This document shows positions 21,997-32,861 of a DNA stretch of 50,429 nt, piece by piece. Position numbers and translations under genes: made by a program. The stretch is from a virus (taxonomy: Duplodnaviria; Heunggongvirae; Uroviricota; Caudoviricetes). The stretch is from positions 1 to 50,429 of IMG/VR virus record IMGVR_UViG_2663763326_000008. One strand, given 5' to 3'. Numbering within the stretch: the stretch's first letter is position 1; the number at the start of each line of letters is the position of its first letter. The notes under the pieces were generated by a model. It saw only the letters and a program-made list of their open reading frames with translations. It was not told where the DNA came from and did not search any database.

Positions 21997-22071
21997 TGGC
22001 GGGACAGCGTGGACTCGAACCACGATAAGAAGGTTAACAGCCTTCCGTAATGACCTTTATACGACTGACCC
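21997..22071 (-). tRNA. tRNA, anticodon tentatively GUU (Asn), CCA encoded
   Basis: Hand-folded: T-arm CGTGG-TTCGAGT-CCACG, anticodon stem GAAGG/CCTTC with loop CTGTTAA; one acceptor mismatch; coordinates +/-2. Confidence 0.5.
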
Positions 22072-22134
22072 AAATAAAAAAAGCCACCGTTGCAACTTAA
22101 GAGTCACTAACGGCAGCTTACCCTCTAATTATGG

Positions 22135-22653
22135 CTAAATGGCTAATTGCATGTCAAGGCTTTTAACAGCAACATGCTTAACTTTCTCAACACGTTTACG
22201 CATTTTGAAAGCATTTTGCATTGGCTGGTATAAAACAAATAATGACGCTTTCAGGATGTCGTCAATTTCGTTTCTACAGGTTGCCAGTGAAGGTTTTCTC
22301 CATCCCTCGCCACCACGTCCACACATCTTGCGTGGCTTTGCAGTCGCGTGATAGTAGGATGCAATTGCTCGCTTAGATGAACCATGAGCGTAGTAGCTGA
22401 GGAGGATGCCAAAGGCTTTCTTGTCAATGTACATGACGGAATCGACGACCTGAGAAATCAACATTCCATCATCATCATTACACATTGGCCTTGTAATAAC
22501 TCTTCCCGGCTCTACGCTCTCCATAAACTTCGCTATTACGCTGCTCATGCGCTTTTCCAGACGACCTGAATAAACCCATGCGCCCCACAGTTCAAGCCAG
22601 CCATTCAGCCACTCGTGCTGCTCTTTGGTGAGGTTTAGTTCTCTTATGCCCAT
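22135..22653 (-). CDS. Q: Late-gene antiterminator Q-like
   Basis: 172 aa; position between nin region and tRNA/lysis cassette. Confidence 0.65.
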   Translation of the reverse strand: MGIRELNLTKEQHEWLNGWLELWGAWVYSGRLEKRMSSVIAKFMESVEPGRVITRPMCNDDDGMLISQVVDSVMYIDKKAFGILLSYYAHGSSKRAIASYYHATAKPRKMCGRGGEGWRKPSLATCRNEIDDILKASLFVLYQPMQNAFKMRKRVEKVKHVAVKSLDMQLAI

Positions 22654-23315
22654 GCGCCTTCTCCCTGTACCTGAATCAATGTGAGGTTTCCGCAGAACAC
22701 TGCGCCGGTATCGATATACATCTGGTTGGCAAACTTGAGTGGTTTCACTGCTGGCGTATGACCAAAGATGAACGTGTCCGCGCCTTTGATTTCTTTCACG
22801 ATCCCGTCTTGTGAGTTGCTGATTCGTTCGCGGTTCCAGATTACCTGCTGATGATCAACTGGCTTTCCAAACTCGTATTCGTCACAGGGATAATCGGCGT
22901 GGCAGATGACATATTTTTTACCTTCGCTCACCAGTTCGATGATTAACGGAAGTTCATCTGCTTTATGGGCAAGAGCTTTAGCCAGAATTTCTTTGTCGTA
23001 ATCGAGATTAAAGAACCAGCCACCGCCATTAAACAGCCAGTGATTGACGTTTCCACGCTCTGATAAGCCATCAATCATCATTTGCTCATGGTTTCCACGT
23101 ACAGCTCGGAACCAGGGGAATGTGATTAATTCCAGACATTCGAGGTTCTCTGTACCGCGATCAACCAAATCGCCCACCGAGATAAGCAGGTCTTTTTTGG
23201 TGTCGAATCCTATCGTCTCCAGTTTTTTCATCAGGTTCGTGTAGCATCCGTGCAGATCGCCAACTACCCAAACATTTCGGTATTTGCTGCCATCAATTCT
23301 TTCGTAATAGCGCAT
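22644..23315 (-). CDS. ninI: Ser/Thr protein phosphatase (lambda NinI-type)
   Basis: GDLHGC, GDLVDRG, GNHE metallophosphatase motifs; near-identical to lambda PPase from memory; start taken at MRYYERIDG. Confidence 0.9.
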   Translation of the reverse strand: MRYYERIDGSKYRNVWVVGDLHGCYTNLMKKLETIGFDTKKDLLISVGDLVDRGTENLECLELITFPWFRAVRGNHEQMMIDGLSERGNVNHWLFNGGGWFFNLDYDKEILAKALAHKADELPLIIELVSEGKKYVICHADYPCDEYEFGKPVDHQQVIWNRERISNSQDGIVKEIKGADTFIFGHTPAVKPLKFANQMYIDTGAVFCGNLTLIQVQGEGAWA

Positions 23316-23499
23316 CTCTTTCACTCCATCCGCGATGAACCATGAGAACGTCGTTGACGATGGCGTGCATTTTCCCGTCTTTATCATCAACGTATTTTCT
23401 TACCGTGCCGCGACTACATTTCAGTCTGCGTGCTACTTCTGTCTGGTTTCCGTATGCTTCAACGAGCATGTCTGGAATGGTTTTTACTGAGAACGTCAT
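23293..23499 (-). CDS. ninH: NinH
   Basis: 68 aa [36 protein letters not shown] matches lambda NinH from memory. Confidence 0.85.
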   Translation of the reverse strand: MTFSVKTIPDMLVEAYGNQTEVARRLKCSRGTVRKYVDDKDGKMHAIVNDVLMVHRGWSERDALLRKN

Positions 23500-24110
23500 G
23501 CGGCCTCACTTCTGCTATTTCGCAGGTCTTTGAGTTTCTGTTGGTACTCTGCCTTGATCGCCTTGCACTCTTCGATAGTCCAGCGATGGCGGCTATGGTT
23601 TGATTCGATTTCGTCTACTGCTTCCTGCCCGATGCGGTTAATCAGTTCGACGCGATACGGAACGAGATTTCCGCTTTTGTGCTGGTTGCACACCACGCAT
23701 TGCTTGTGAATATTGCGTTCATCAAATCGGAGTTGAGGTGCCGCAGCAGTTGTCCGGTAATGTCCGGCATCCCACTGAGCAGACGTGAGCGTTCCGCACG
23801 AGATACATGGTAAGTCGCGGTCTCTTTCTCTGATGAAGGCGTTTACGGCTTGTTGGGCTTGTTTAATCCAGTAACTGCGGGGCTTTAAGGCGAGTTTTCG
23901 AATCTTAAGTTTATCTTTCTGTTTCTGCTCCTCTCGTCGTCGTTTCTTCTCTGCTGCTTTTTCCGCTTTTTCGCGTTCTTTACTTCGTCGTTCGAGTGCT
24001 ATCTTGGTTCCACACTCTGGAGAGCACCACCACTGATTAGCGAATGCAGGGTGAAACCATTCCCGGCATTCATCGTTTTTACATCGTCTTCGCGCTGGTT
24101 TAGCCATCAT
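23496..24110 (-). CDS. ninG: NinG (Rap-like recombination protein)
   Basis: 204 aa; [44 protein letters not shown] matches lambda NinG from memory. Confidence 0.9.
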   Translation of the reverse strand: MMAKPARRRCKNDECREWFHPAFANQWWCSPECGTKIALERRSKEREKAEKAAEKKRRREEQKQKDKLKIRKLALKPRSYWIKQAQQAVNAFIRERDRDLPCISCGTLTSAQWDAGHYRTTAAAPQLRFDERNIHKQCVVCNQHKSGNLVPYRVELINRIGQEAVDEIESNHSRHRWTIEECKAIKAEYQQKLKDLRNSRSEAA

Positions 24111-24276
24111 CTTCTTCCTCGTGCATCGAGCTATTCGGATCGCTCATCAGTTCTGCGCAGCAGTGCTCACACACGTGAACTTCCAGCACATGCAGCTTCT
24201 GACCGCAGTTAGCGCACGTTAAAGCCCGCTCGACGCTTTCTTTCTGGTATTGGAGGGATTGGGATGGGCTAAGCAT
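24100..24276 (-). CDS. ninF: NinF
   Basis: [44 protein letters not shown] matches lambda NinF from memory; start taken at internal Met. Confidence 0.8.
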   Translation of the reverse strand: MLSPSQSLQYQKESVERALTCANCGQKLHVLEVHVCEHCCAELMSDPNSSMHEEEDDG

Positions 24277-25213
24277 TAACAACCTCCATACAAACTTTCA
24301 CGAATGCCGTTGCTACTTCTGCATTGATTGCGTTTCCATATCCAATAATTCGCTGATCTTGATTGCGCTTTGCCATTCTTCCCAGTGTGGACTTGCCTCG
24401 TCCCAAGCTTTTGGCAATGCCATTAACCATCGGGAATGAGCCGGGTCTAACTGGACGATATTTTTCATCTCTACAGTAAAGCCAGTCTGCATCTCTCCAG
24501 AAGCCGTTAACCGGTAATGGGTACATAGCTTCACCGTCCCGGGAAGTTTCAAGCAGATTCTTGGGGTTCCGCTCTTGTCTTTTCCGCTGTAGCAATGCGT
24601 TGAACCTGTTGCATCGTTCGCTAAAGGAGTTTGCCATCCCGCTAGTCTCACGCATCCAGATAGGTTCTGAATTCCCCTGCGCGTCTCTGGCTGAAAGTTG
24701 ATATTTGTCGTTGGAGTAGGCCACCCAATACAATCGCTGCCTGATGTGCGGAGAACCGAAGCCCGCAGCGCAAATATCGGTACCTGCAGAGGTGTAGTTC
24801 GCACCTTCCAAGTCAGTTTGTACAAGGTCGAGCCAAGCGAGGCCGTCTGCGCTTGCAACCTGTTCGCCAATAACGATGCCAGGATTGCATTTTTCAATAA
24901 GCCAGAAGAATGCCGGCCATAAGTGCCGCTCGTCATCAACCCCTTTTCCTTTGCCTGCCGAGCTGAAAGGTTGGCATGGGCAACTTCCTGTCCAGATGCT
25001 CTTGTTGTCTGGCCATCCTGCTTTTCTAAGTGCATAGCTCCAAACTCCGATTCCTGCAAAAAAGTGGTGCTGGGTAAATCCTCGCAAATCACCTGGTGTG
25101 ACATCTTCAATACTCCTTTCATCTACATAACCGGGGGCAATTTCTCCAGCGTCAATTAAGTTACGCAGCCATTGCGCTGCATACGGATCTATTTCGTTGT
25201 AATACGCAGTCAT
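24269..25213 (-). CDS. DNA cytosine-5 methyltransferase-like protein (start uncertain, 25213-25255)
   Basis: PCQPFSSAGKG (PC motif) and FAGIG-type motif seen; occupies the ninC/D slot. Confidence 0.65.
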   Translation of the reverse strand: MTAYYNEIDPYAAQWLRNLIDAGEIAPGYVDERSIEDVTPGDLRGFTQHHFFAGIGVWSYALRKAGWPDNKSIWTGSCPCQPFSSAGKGKGVDDERHLWPAFFWLIEKCNPGIVIGEQVASADGLAWLDLVQTDLEGANYTSAGTDICAAGFGSPHIRQRLYWVAYSNDKYQLSARDAQGNSEPIWMRETSGMANSFSERCNRFNALLQRKRQERNPKNLLETSRDGEAMYPLPVNGFWRDADWLYCRDEKYRPVRPGSFPMVNGIAKSLGRGKSTLGRMAKRNQDQRIIGYGNAINAEVATAFVKVCMEVVNA

Positions 25214-25215
25214 CG

Positions 25216-25392
25216 TCATTTCCTCGCACGATGTCTTAGCCACCGGATATCCCACAGGTGAGCCGTGTAATTGAAGGTTTTTACGTCAGATTCTTTTTGG
25301 ATTGGCTTGCGTTTATTTCTGGAGCGTTTCGTTGGAAGGTATTTGCAGTTTTCGCAGATGATGTCGGCGATACTTCTTCGCTGTCGTCTCAT
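25216..25392 (-). CDS. ninE: NinE
   Basis: [29 protein letters not shown]...[20 protein letters not shown] resembles lambda NinE from memory; ATGA overlap with ninB stop. Confidence 0.7.
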   Translation of the reverse strand: MRRQRRSIADIICENCKYLPTKRSRNKRKPIQKESDVKTFNYTAHLWDIRWLRHRARK

Positions 25393-25799
25393 TCGTACCT
25401 CCTGTCGGTAAATATGACACCCTGACCAATAGCCCATGCTGTCGTGTACTCAATCAGGCTTGCCATGCGCTTCACGCTCATCTGCGCGCTACTTTCGCGA
25501 ATGTTGACGTATTCGCCTTCAAGCCCGGGCAAAACATCAGCTTCCTGCTTTGTTGCCACTGCATGACCGCTGATCAACAAAACCTTCCATTGTTCTGGTT
25601 TTAACCATTTATCGCACCATTGAACCTGACGTGCGATATCCGCCAGCATCGCGTGAAATTTTGCGTTCTGGTCAAGGTTGCGCTTGTAGTCAGTAATGCG
25701 GATGGTGACTGGCTTGTCTTTATCGAGTGGTGTTGCGAGGATGGCATTTATTGCGGCTTGCTGTTGTTGCTTAGTTCGGAGGAAGATTGTTTGCTTCAC
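25389..25799 (-). CDS. ninB: NinB (Orf-family recombination mediator)
   Basis: 136 aa; [21 protein letters not shown] resembles lambda NinB SLDQNRKLWACLGDVSRQVEW from memory. Confidence 0.85.
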   Translation of the reverse strand: MKQTIFLRTKQQQQAAINAILATPLDKDKPVTIRITDYKRNLDQNAKFHAMLADIARQVQWCDKWLKPEQWKVLLISGHAVATKQEADVLPGLEGEYVNIRESSAQMSVKRMASLIEYTTAWAIGQGVIFTDRRYE

Positions 25800-25810
25800 T
25801 GAATACTCCT

Positions 25811-26002
25811 TTATTTTTTATGCCTGTAACCCCATTCTTCCAGCAACCTTGCGGCGTACCACCCAAGAAACAGAGGAAAGAACATTACAATGAGATATTC
25901 CCCGCCACGGTCAATGTTCGAAATTGACCAGATTACGATGTAACCAGTGCAGGACAGGAATATTACAAACCCCAAAAAGCTACTTCGTCGACTCATGCTC
26001 AC
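25811..26002 (-). CDS. Hypothetical small membrane protein
   Basis: 63 aa, two hydrophobic segments. Confidence 0.35.
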   Translation of the reverse strand: MSMSRRSSFLGFVIFLSCTGYIVIWSISNIDRGGEYLIVMFFPLFLGWYAARLLEEWGYRHKK

Positions 26003-26313
26003 TCCTTCACTTTGATTCCAGCAGCGCGGATGTTTTCCTCATAAGCATCCATTCCATCACCGAATCCATTGGAATAATCAACAGTAAACCCTTTGGCTAA
26101 TGCTTCTCTGCTGTCGATAAACTTTGGCGCGGTTATTTCAATAGCTGCTCGCGATGCCTGCCATAAAGTCCACCACTCATTTAAGGAGTGACGAATATCC
26201 ATACTTGAAAATGCGAAGTACCTATCACCATTTCTTGCCTCGGTTATCATCTCGAATGGTAATCTCAATTTTTTGGCAACGTATTCTTCAAACTGCTTTC
26301 TTGATTCGTCCAT
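25999..26313 (-). CDS. Hypothetical protein
   Basis: 104-aa ORF, overlapping neighbours in operon-like fashion. Confidence 0.4.
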   Translation of the reverse strand: MDESRKQFEEYVAKKLRLPFEMITEARNGDRYFAFSSMDIRHSLNEWWTLWQASRAAIEITAPKFIDSREALAKGFTVDYSNGFGDGMDAYEENIRAAGIKVKE

Positions 26314-26324
26314 ATCAATCCCCG

Positions 26325-26525
26325 TTATGACAGGTTAATTTTCACCCAACCCTTCCCACGCACATTTGCAACAAGCCCTTTCTTTCTCAGGTATTGCATA
26401 CGACGATCGATGGTTTCGATATACATTCCATTGCTCCGCCATTTAAGCCAGATATCAAAAACAGGTGTTGGTCTTTCACTCAGCATTGAAAGAATGTTTT
26501 GATCTAATTTTTCGTACTTGCTCAC
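26325..26525 (-). CDS. Hypothetical protein (possible winged-helix)
   Basis: 66-aa basic ORF. Confidence 0.4.
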   Translation of the reverse strand: MSKYEKLDQNILSMLSERPTPVFDIWLKWRSNGMYIETIDRRMQYLRKKGLVANVRGKGWVKINLS

Positions 26526-26848
26526 AAATACCCTCTCTCACTTAATCGCGCCCACGCTTCGTTAAACTCTTCTCGGGTTGCGCCGGATTTTCTTTCTTCA
26601 AACATCATGCATTCGCTGATGTCTCCCCATGACTTTGGTCGCTTTTCAGCGAACAGATCATCCCATTCGAATACCCAGCGGCCTGATTTTCGGTAGTGGT
26701 AAATGGTCAGCCATGTTGTGCTGTTCGCTGGATACCCATAGAGAACTTCGACTTTTTGATCACGGTCTTTATGCTTCTTCAGCAGGATAAAGCCAGCAAC
26801 CAGCGAAGCTCCGGCAAGAATGATGATTGGAATTTGCCAGTCAGCCAC
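26522..26848 (-). CDS. Hypothetical protein with N-terminal TM segment
   Basis: 108 aa; PIIILAGASLVAGFILL hydrophobic N-terminus. Confidence 0.4.
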   Translation of the reverse strand: MADWQIPIIILAGASLVAGFILLKKHKDRDQKVEVLYGYPANSTTWLTIYHYRKSGRWVFEWDDLFAEKRPKSWGDISECMMFEERKSGATREEFNEAWARLSERGYL

Positions 26849-26860
26849 GTTTACCTCCGC

Positions 26861-27067
26861 TTAACTCACAAAACGCCACGCCATTTTTGCTACAGCGACA
26901 GGCATAACACCGATAATCACCCAGACAAATGCAGCGCCAAACAACGTATACCATGGGTCTTTACCGTCATTCACAAGACGAATGTAGCTATGCAGAACAA
27001 TAAAAAACGTCAGAAGAATCCATCCAACGCCAACGCATTTGAGTGCGACGAGCATAAACTCAGCCAC
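26861..27067 (-). CDS. Hypothetical small membrane protein
   Basis: 68 aa, two hydrophobic segments. Confidence 0.35.
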   Translation of the reverse strand: MAEFMLVALKCVGVGWILLTFFIVLHSYIRLVNDGKDPWYTLFGAAFVWVIIGVMPVAVAKMAWRFVS

Positions 27068-27139
27068 GATTTACTCTCCCCCAAATAAAAAGGCCTGCGA
27101 TTACCAGCAGGCCTGTTATTAGCTCAGTGATGTAGATGG

Positions 27140-28516
27140 TCATACGTCAGCCCCTTGTGCATATCGTCTGCCACGCGCAGCAGGTGCATTTGATGCTGTG
27201 CAAATCTGTCTGGCTTCATCCTGGTCACATGCAACAAAGTGTCCGTTACAGAACCGCTGGTAAACCGTACCAAGCGAGCCAAAACGGTTTTTCGTCACGA
27301 TGATTTCAGCAAATGGCGCGGCGCTACTGTTCTCGTCATATACCGCTTCCCGATAGAGCATGATGATTGAGTCTGCGTCCTGTTCAATGCTTCCTGAATC
27401 ACGCAAATCTGCGTTTGTCGGGCGTTTGTTTGGTCGCTTCTCAACATCGCGCGAAAGCTGACTTAGGGAGATAACAGGCGTTTTCAGGTCTTTCGCCATC
27501 GCCTTCAGGCTTCCGGAGATGTGAGCAATTGCTAGGTCGTTGCGGTCTGCTTTCGGCTTCTCAATCAGGCCAAGATAATCCGCCATGATTAGAGACAGGT
27601 TTGGATTTTCCTGTTTATGCCGTTCTGCGATTGAGCGTATTTCTTCGACCGATAACCGCGAGGCATCGACTACCCATACATCCAAATCCGCAAGCTGACT
27701 CATGCCGTTAGCAACACGTGCCCAGCACTCGTCATCCATCGATGCAGGATTTCGCAGCACGCTAACCGACATCCTCCCGGCGTTGGCAATGCTCCGCTCT
27801 GCAATCTGCAATGCGCTCATTTCCATTGAGAAAATCAATACTCCGCGCCGGACGTCAGAACCAGGAATAACGCGGCTTGCAACGCCTTCGGCAATCTTCA
27901 GCGCCAGTTCGGTTTTCCCCATACCAGGACGAGCGGCGATTATCACCAGGTCTTCCGCGTTCATCCCTCCGGTGATGGCATCAAGTTCTTCGATTCCGGT
28001 CTTCAGGGTATCGGACTCTTCTCCGTTCCTCAGACGCCTGTCAAGCGTGTCAGTGTAGTCGGTGATGATTTCCCCTAACCGTACAGGTTTAACCTCGTCA
28101 CGGGGCTTTCTGATGGCTGAAAGACGCTTTACAAGTTCATCCATCGCCTGACTCGATGCGTCGATGGTTCCGCTCTGAATTGGTTCACGCATTTCATCCA
28201 TGATTTCCAGCACCAGACGGCGGTGATAGTTATCCGCGACCATTCCGGCATATCCCTTCAGGTTTGCGGCACTCGGGCAGTTTTTGCTGGTCATCAGGAT
28301 TGACGTGAAATGCTCCTCTCCGCACGCCTCGGCAACCATCAGCGCGTCGATTAAATTTCTGTTTCGCGCCTGCTTGCGGATAACCTCGAAGGCTTTCCGG
28401 TAGAGCGGAATTGAAAACGCTTCCGGCTCCAGCGTTGCCAGAACGTCGCTGGCGGTTGGAGTTAATCCACCAATCAGCAGGCCACCGATAACGCTCGCTT
28501 CGATATCCTGTTTCAT
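27140..28516 (-). CDS. Replicative DNA helicase (DnaB family, P22 gene 12-type)
   Basis: 458 aa; Walker A GMGKT, DnaB-like N-terminal domain; overlaps O-like gene stop. Confidence 0.9.
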   Translation of the reverse strand: MKQDIEASVIGGLLIGGLTPTASDVLATLEPEAFSIPLYRKAFEVIRKQARNRNLIDALMVAEACGEEHFTSILMTSKNCPSAANLKGYAGMVADNYHRRLVLEIMDEMREPIQSGTIDASSQAMDELVKRLSAIRKPRDEVKPVRLGEIITDYTDTLDRRLRNGEESDTLKTGIEELDAITGGMNAEDLVIIAARPGMGKTELALKIAEGVASRVIPGSDVRRGVLIFSMEMSALQIAERSIANAGRMSVSVLRNPASMDDECWARVANGMSQLADLDVWVVDASRLSVEEIRSIAERHKQENPNLSLIMADYLGLIEKPKADRNDLAIAHISGSLKAMAKDLKTPVISLSQLSRDVEKRPNKRPTNADLRDSGSIEQDADSIIMLYREAVYDENSSAAPFAEIIVTKNRFGSLGTVYQRFCNGHFVACDQDEARQICTASNAPAARGRRYAQGADV

Positions 28517-29460
28517 GCAATCCCCCTGTCTGCAAACTTCCCTTCCCGAACTCCCGTTAACGAGTCTTCTCTCAGCAGGTAATCAAAATCAGCCGTCCAG
28601 CCCGTGTCGTTGTCTCCGAAGTAAAACGGCTTGGCCTGATGCACAAACGCCCTGACATACGCCCTGAAACCGTCCACGTTTGGCGTTTTCAGTTGCGGGA
28701 TGATTTTCTTCAGGCGGCGTTTGCGTTTCTCGTTGACCGCAACAGCGTGTGGCAGTCTGTCACCGACTTCGGTGTTGTAGGCGTTCAGGAAGGATTCGTA
28801 GTCGATTCGTTCTGCCTTGCGACGTTCAGGTTTAACCTGCCCATCGCCTCCCCCATTGGGGGGTAGGGGGGTATTATTTATATTCTTGTTAATACCTTCT
28901 TGTTCATGATGTGCGGTTGTTTGTGCGGCTTCATGTGCGCTTTCATGTGCGGCATGTACGCTGAAAGCCGCGCCATTGCTGGCTTCATCATGTGCGGCAT
29001 CATGTGCGGTTGTTTGTGCGGCTTCATGTGCGGGTGAATTGTCCATTTTTTGAGCATATTCATGGTAATTTGTGATGGTGATCACACGACCTTTTTGCTT
29101 CTCTCCATCAATGGTGATCATCCCCTCTTTCACAAAAACCTGAAGCATCCGCTCAACCTGATCACGGCTTGCCGGCTTGCCATGCCTGTCGCATAACTGA
29201 AGACCTAAATCAGCTGCTGTCACAACCAGTTGACCGGGTTGCAGATGCCATTCATGACCTTTGAAATTAGCTTTGTATGGCTTTCTGGCGGCATTCAGGA
29301 GAAGGTTTTCCCACAGGGTGCGAAGATAAACGTCTTTCGCCCATGACTGTTTCAGAATGCTCCGGTACAACGGAATGTAACCAGTTTTCTGGTTCTCCAT
29401 CCTGTTGCTCCTGCGCTCGTGTGCGGCGCTGAAATCGTAGATTTTTGCTGTATTGCTCAT
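28513..29460 (-). CDS. Replication initiation protein (O-like / P22 gene 18-position) with embedded origin
   Basis: 315 aa; central low-complexity [10 protein letters not shown] repeats encoded by DNA iterons; position between cII and helicase. Confidence 0.8.
   Translation of the reverse strand: MSNTAKIYDFSAAHERRSNRMENQKTGYIPLYRSILKQSWAKDVYLRTLWENLLLNAARKPYKANFKGHEWHLQPGQLVVTAADLGLQLCDRHGKPASRDQVERMLQVFVKEGMITIDGEKQKGRVITITNYHEYAQKMDNSPAHEAAQTTAHDAAHDEASNGAAFSVHAAHESAHEAAQTTAHHEQEGINKNINNTPLPPNGGGDGQVKPERRKAERIDYESFLNAYNTEVGDRLPHAVAVNEKRKRRLKKIIPQLKTPNVDGFRAYVRAFVHQAKPFYFGDNDTGWTADFDYLLREDSLTGVREGKFADRGIA
28880..29040. repeat. Origin iterons (about 8 copies of TGTGCGG-containing repeat) with adjacent AT-rich tract
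   Basis: catgtgcggttgtttgtgcggcttcatgtgcg present twice plus further tgtgcgg copies; AT-rich tattatttatattcttgttaata alongside; inside O-like gene as in lambdoid ori. Confidence 0.7.
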
Positions 29461-29462
29461 AA

Positions 29463-29735
29463 CTACCTGCCTTGACGAAAGACCTTAAGAACATCGTTAA
29501 ACTGACTTACGGATATGTCTTCTTTGAGCAGCTTTTCCAGAAATGCGTTTGGAATGAACGTATATCCCTCCTCTTTTGGTAGAGACGGGAGCAACGACCT
29601 CGCCTCAGCCTTCAGAAGCTCAGTTCTGGCAACTTTCACAAAAGAGATTTGAGTTCTTTCATCAATGGAACGAAGGAAGCGCAAACGCTTAACTTCTTTG
29701 TGTGTATCAGGTGGATTAAAGCCTTTGTTTCGCAT
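29463..29735 (-). CDS. Hypothetical protein between cII and O-like gene (about 90 aa)
   Basis: C-terminal part of track ORF 29463..30044, whose upstream part overlaps cII in another frame; GAGG about 7 nt upstream of internal ATG; my frame check was inconsistent by 1 nt. Confidence 0.3.
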   Translation of the reverse strand: MRNKGFNPPDTHKEVKRLRFLRSIDERTQISFVKVARTELLKAEARSLLPSLPKEEGYTFIPNAFLEKLLKEDISVSQFNDVLKVFRQGR

Positions 29736-29757
29736 ATAATTACCTCGTTGGATGTTA

Positions 29758-30051
29758 TTAAAATTCCATTTGTATTTGTTCAGAACGCTCGGTTGCCGCC
29801 GGGCGTTTTTTATTGGTGAGAATCGAAGCAACTTGTCGTGCCAATCGAGCCATGTCGTCGTCAACGACGCCCCATTCAAGAACAGCAAGCAGCATTGAGA
29901 ACTTTGGAATCCAGTCCCTCTTCCACCTGCTGATCTGCGACTTATCAACGCCCACAGCTTCCGCTGTCTTCTCAGTTCCAAGCATTGCGATTTTGTTAAG
30001 CAACGCACTCTCGATTCGTAGAGCCTCGTTGCGTTTGTTTGCACGAACCAT
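29758..30051 (-). CDS. cII: Transcriptional activator CII
   Basis: MVRANKRNEALRIESALLNKIAMLGTEKTAEAVGVDKSQISRWKRDWIPKFSMLLAVLEWGVVDD matches lambda CII from memory; start at internal Met of track ORF. Confidence 0.9.
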   Translation of the reverse strand: MVRANKRNEALRIESALLNKIAMLGTEKTAEAVGVDKSQISRWKRDWIPKFSMLLAVLEWGVVDDDMARLARQVASILTNKKRPAATERSEQIQMEF

Positions 30052-30129
30052 ATGTAAGTATTTCCTTAGATAACAATTGATTGAATGTATGCAAATAAAT
30101 GCATACACCATAAGTGTGGTTTAATTTGA

Positions 30130-30144
30130 TGCCCTTTTTCAGGG
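30130..30144 (-). promoter_or_regulatory. nutR boxB-like hairpin
   Basis: gccctgaaaaagggc on minus strand between cro and cII. Confidence 0.7.
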
Positions 30145-30169
30145 CTGGGATGTGTAAGAGCGGGGTTAT

Positions 30170-31184
<1,015 letters not shown>

Positions 31185-31429
31185 TAAAAGGTCGCACAGA
31201 AGTGCGGCCTTTTTTATTGGTAGTGATCCACACATTGTGCTAACGCATTAATTAGCATTAATATTTAGCTTAATCACAGAACAGCTAAAAATATTTTATC
31301 GATAAATATATACATATCAATGAGATAAATAAAAATGATGCATTTTGTAGCTAATTAATGATTTAGCTACCATTGCCCTGCTTATTTGAAATAAGCTATC
31401 ATCACCATAACCAAGCATATGGGGGATTT

Positions 31430-32365
31430 ATGGATACTAAAAAACGAGCTCAAAAAGCAGCAGCAATGTCAGCAATCGTTAGATCAGCTCCAAAGCCAAC
31501 TCACACAGGATTAATGGCGACAGGTGTTTCTTGTGCTGTTTTGCCTGATGGTCGCAGAGTGGTTTCAATGCAAGGTGCAAATGGATTGGCAGAAACATTC
31601 GGTGTATCTGTTGGCTCAAAAATGCCAAGATGGGTACCAAATGGGAAGCCAGGTCAATTACCATATGTTCTCCAAGCAAATGAGCTTCAGCCATATATTT
31701 CTGATGAACTAAGAGAAGCGCTAGCAGAACCAATTGTATATAAAAATACATCAGGTGCAGGTGTCGCTTATGGCATTGACGTTACTATGCTACCAGCGCT
31801 TTGCGAGGCATGGACAGATGCTGAGAGGGATGGAGCCCTACGACAAAAGCATCACTTGAATACAGCTGCAAAAGCCAAAGCGCTCTATAAAGCTCTAGCT
31901 AGAGTTGGCGCCGTTGCGCTCGTTGATGAAGCGACTGGATACCAAAAAGAACGAGAGCGCGATGAACTGGCAAAACTCCTTGAGCAATTCATCGCTAAAG
32001 AAATGCGACCATGGGTAAGCACATATCCGCCAGAATTCTTTGAGGAGTTATGTAGACTCAGAGGAGTCCCATTCAAAGCAAACATGCGGAGACCGCAATA
32101 CTTTGGTCATCTTGTGAATAACATAACTTATGACCGCATGGCACCAGAGCTAAGAAATGCGCTAAAGGAAGAAAGAGCAAAAGCAAAAAAGGCAGGTGCA
32201 AAAATGCATCAGTTTCTATCAGAGGGAACTGGATATGGTCTTCTTCAAAAGAGACTTACAGGGGTAACAACACTCATGCAAGCAAGCGATACTTATGAAG
32301 ATTTCATCCAATTGCTTGATAAGGTACACCCTCTACTAACCGTAGAAGATATTGACGCAGAATAA
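31430..32365 (+). CDS. Hypothetical 311-aa protein in the rexAB slot (moron)
   Basis: Start taken at MDTKKRAQ with ggggga RBS; preceded by very AT-rich 240-bp spacer; followed by hairpin terminator then OL/pL. Confidence 0.6.
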   Translation: MDTKKRAQKAAAMSAIVRSAPKPTHTGLMATGVSCAVLPDGRRVVSMQGANGLAETFGVSVGSKMPRWVPNGKPGQLPYVLQANELQPYISDELREALAEPIVYKNTSGAGVAYGIDVTMLPALCEAWTDAERDGALRQKHHLNTAAKAKALYKALARVGAVALVDEATGYQKERERDELAKLLEQFIAKEMRPWVSTYPPEFFEELCRLRGVPFKANMRRPQYFGHLVNNITYDRMAPELRNALKEERAKAKKAGAKMHQFLSEGTGYGLLQKRLTGVTTLMQASDTYEDFIQLLDKVHPLLTVEDIDAE

Positions 32366-32371
32366 CTTTAT

Positions 32372-32397
32372 TGCCCCGGCCTCAGCGCCGGGTTTTC
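32372..32397 (+). terminator. Putative rho-independent terminator after the moron
   Basis: cccggc-ctcagc-gccggg hairpin followed by ttttctttg. Confidence 0.45.
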
Positions 32398-32558
32398 TTT
32401 GCCTCACGATCCCATTCACCCAATAACACATAACCTATTGTATTTATTTGAAAATTAATAGATACAACTCACTATACATCGCAATTCAGATCTCTCGATC
32501 ACCTCCCAAGCCACACAACCCTGCAAAAAATAAATCCATATAAAAAACATACAGATAA

Positions 32559-32630
32559 CCATCTGCGGTGATAAATTATCTCTGGCGGTGTTGACATAAA
32601 TACCACTGGCGGTGATACTAAACACATCAG
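32559..32630 (+). promoter_or_regulatory. OL3-OL2-OL1 operators with pL promoter
   Basis: accatctgcggtgataaat / tatctctggcggtgttg / taccactggcggtgata with ttgaca -35 and gatact -10, lambda-type. Confidence 0.85.
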
Positions 32631-32674
32631 CAGGACGCACTGACCACCATGAAGGTGATGCTCTTAAAAATTAA

Positions 32675-32689
32675 GCCCTGAAGAAGGGC
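32675..32689 (+). promoter_or_regulatory. nutL boxB
   Basis: gccctgaagaagggc hairpin downstream of pL. Confidence 0.8.
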
Positions 32690-32861
32690 AGCATTCAAAG
32701 CAGAAGGCTTTGGGGTGTGGTGAAGGGTTCATGGATGGGAATATGTCGCACGTAAAGCGGCGAGGCCTGCGGAACTATTGCCGAATTGAAGTCGGCCGAA
32801 GCAGGTCGAAATGGGTCTCCCACCTACCACACCACCAAAGCTAACTGACAGGAGAATCCAG

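Noticed and set aside
24313-25122. 269-aa ORF on the minus strand overlapping the methyltransferase gene
   Set aside because: Same strand, different frame, fully inside the methyltransferase ORF that carries recognisable motifs; treated as a frame artefact.
28878-29063. 61-aa His/Met/Pro-rich ORF ([14 protein letters not shown]...)
   Set aside because: Generated by translating the ori iterons inside the O-like gene in an alternate frame.
29463-30044. 193-aa ORF spanning cII in another frame
   Set aside because: Its upstream two-thirds overlaps cII, whose product matches lambda CII; only the downstream ~90 codons were kept as a possible small gene.
31373-31429. Upstream extension of the rex-slot gene (MPCLFEISYHHHNQ...)
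   Set aside because: No ribosome-binding site and it lies in the AT-rich promoter-like spacer; the ATG at about 31430 has a G-rich RBS.
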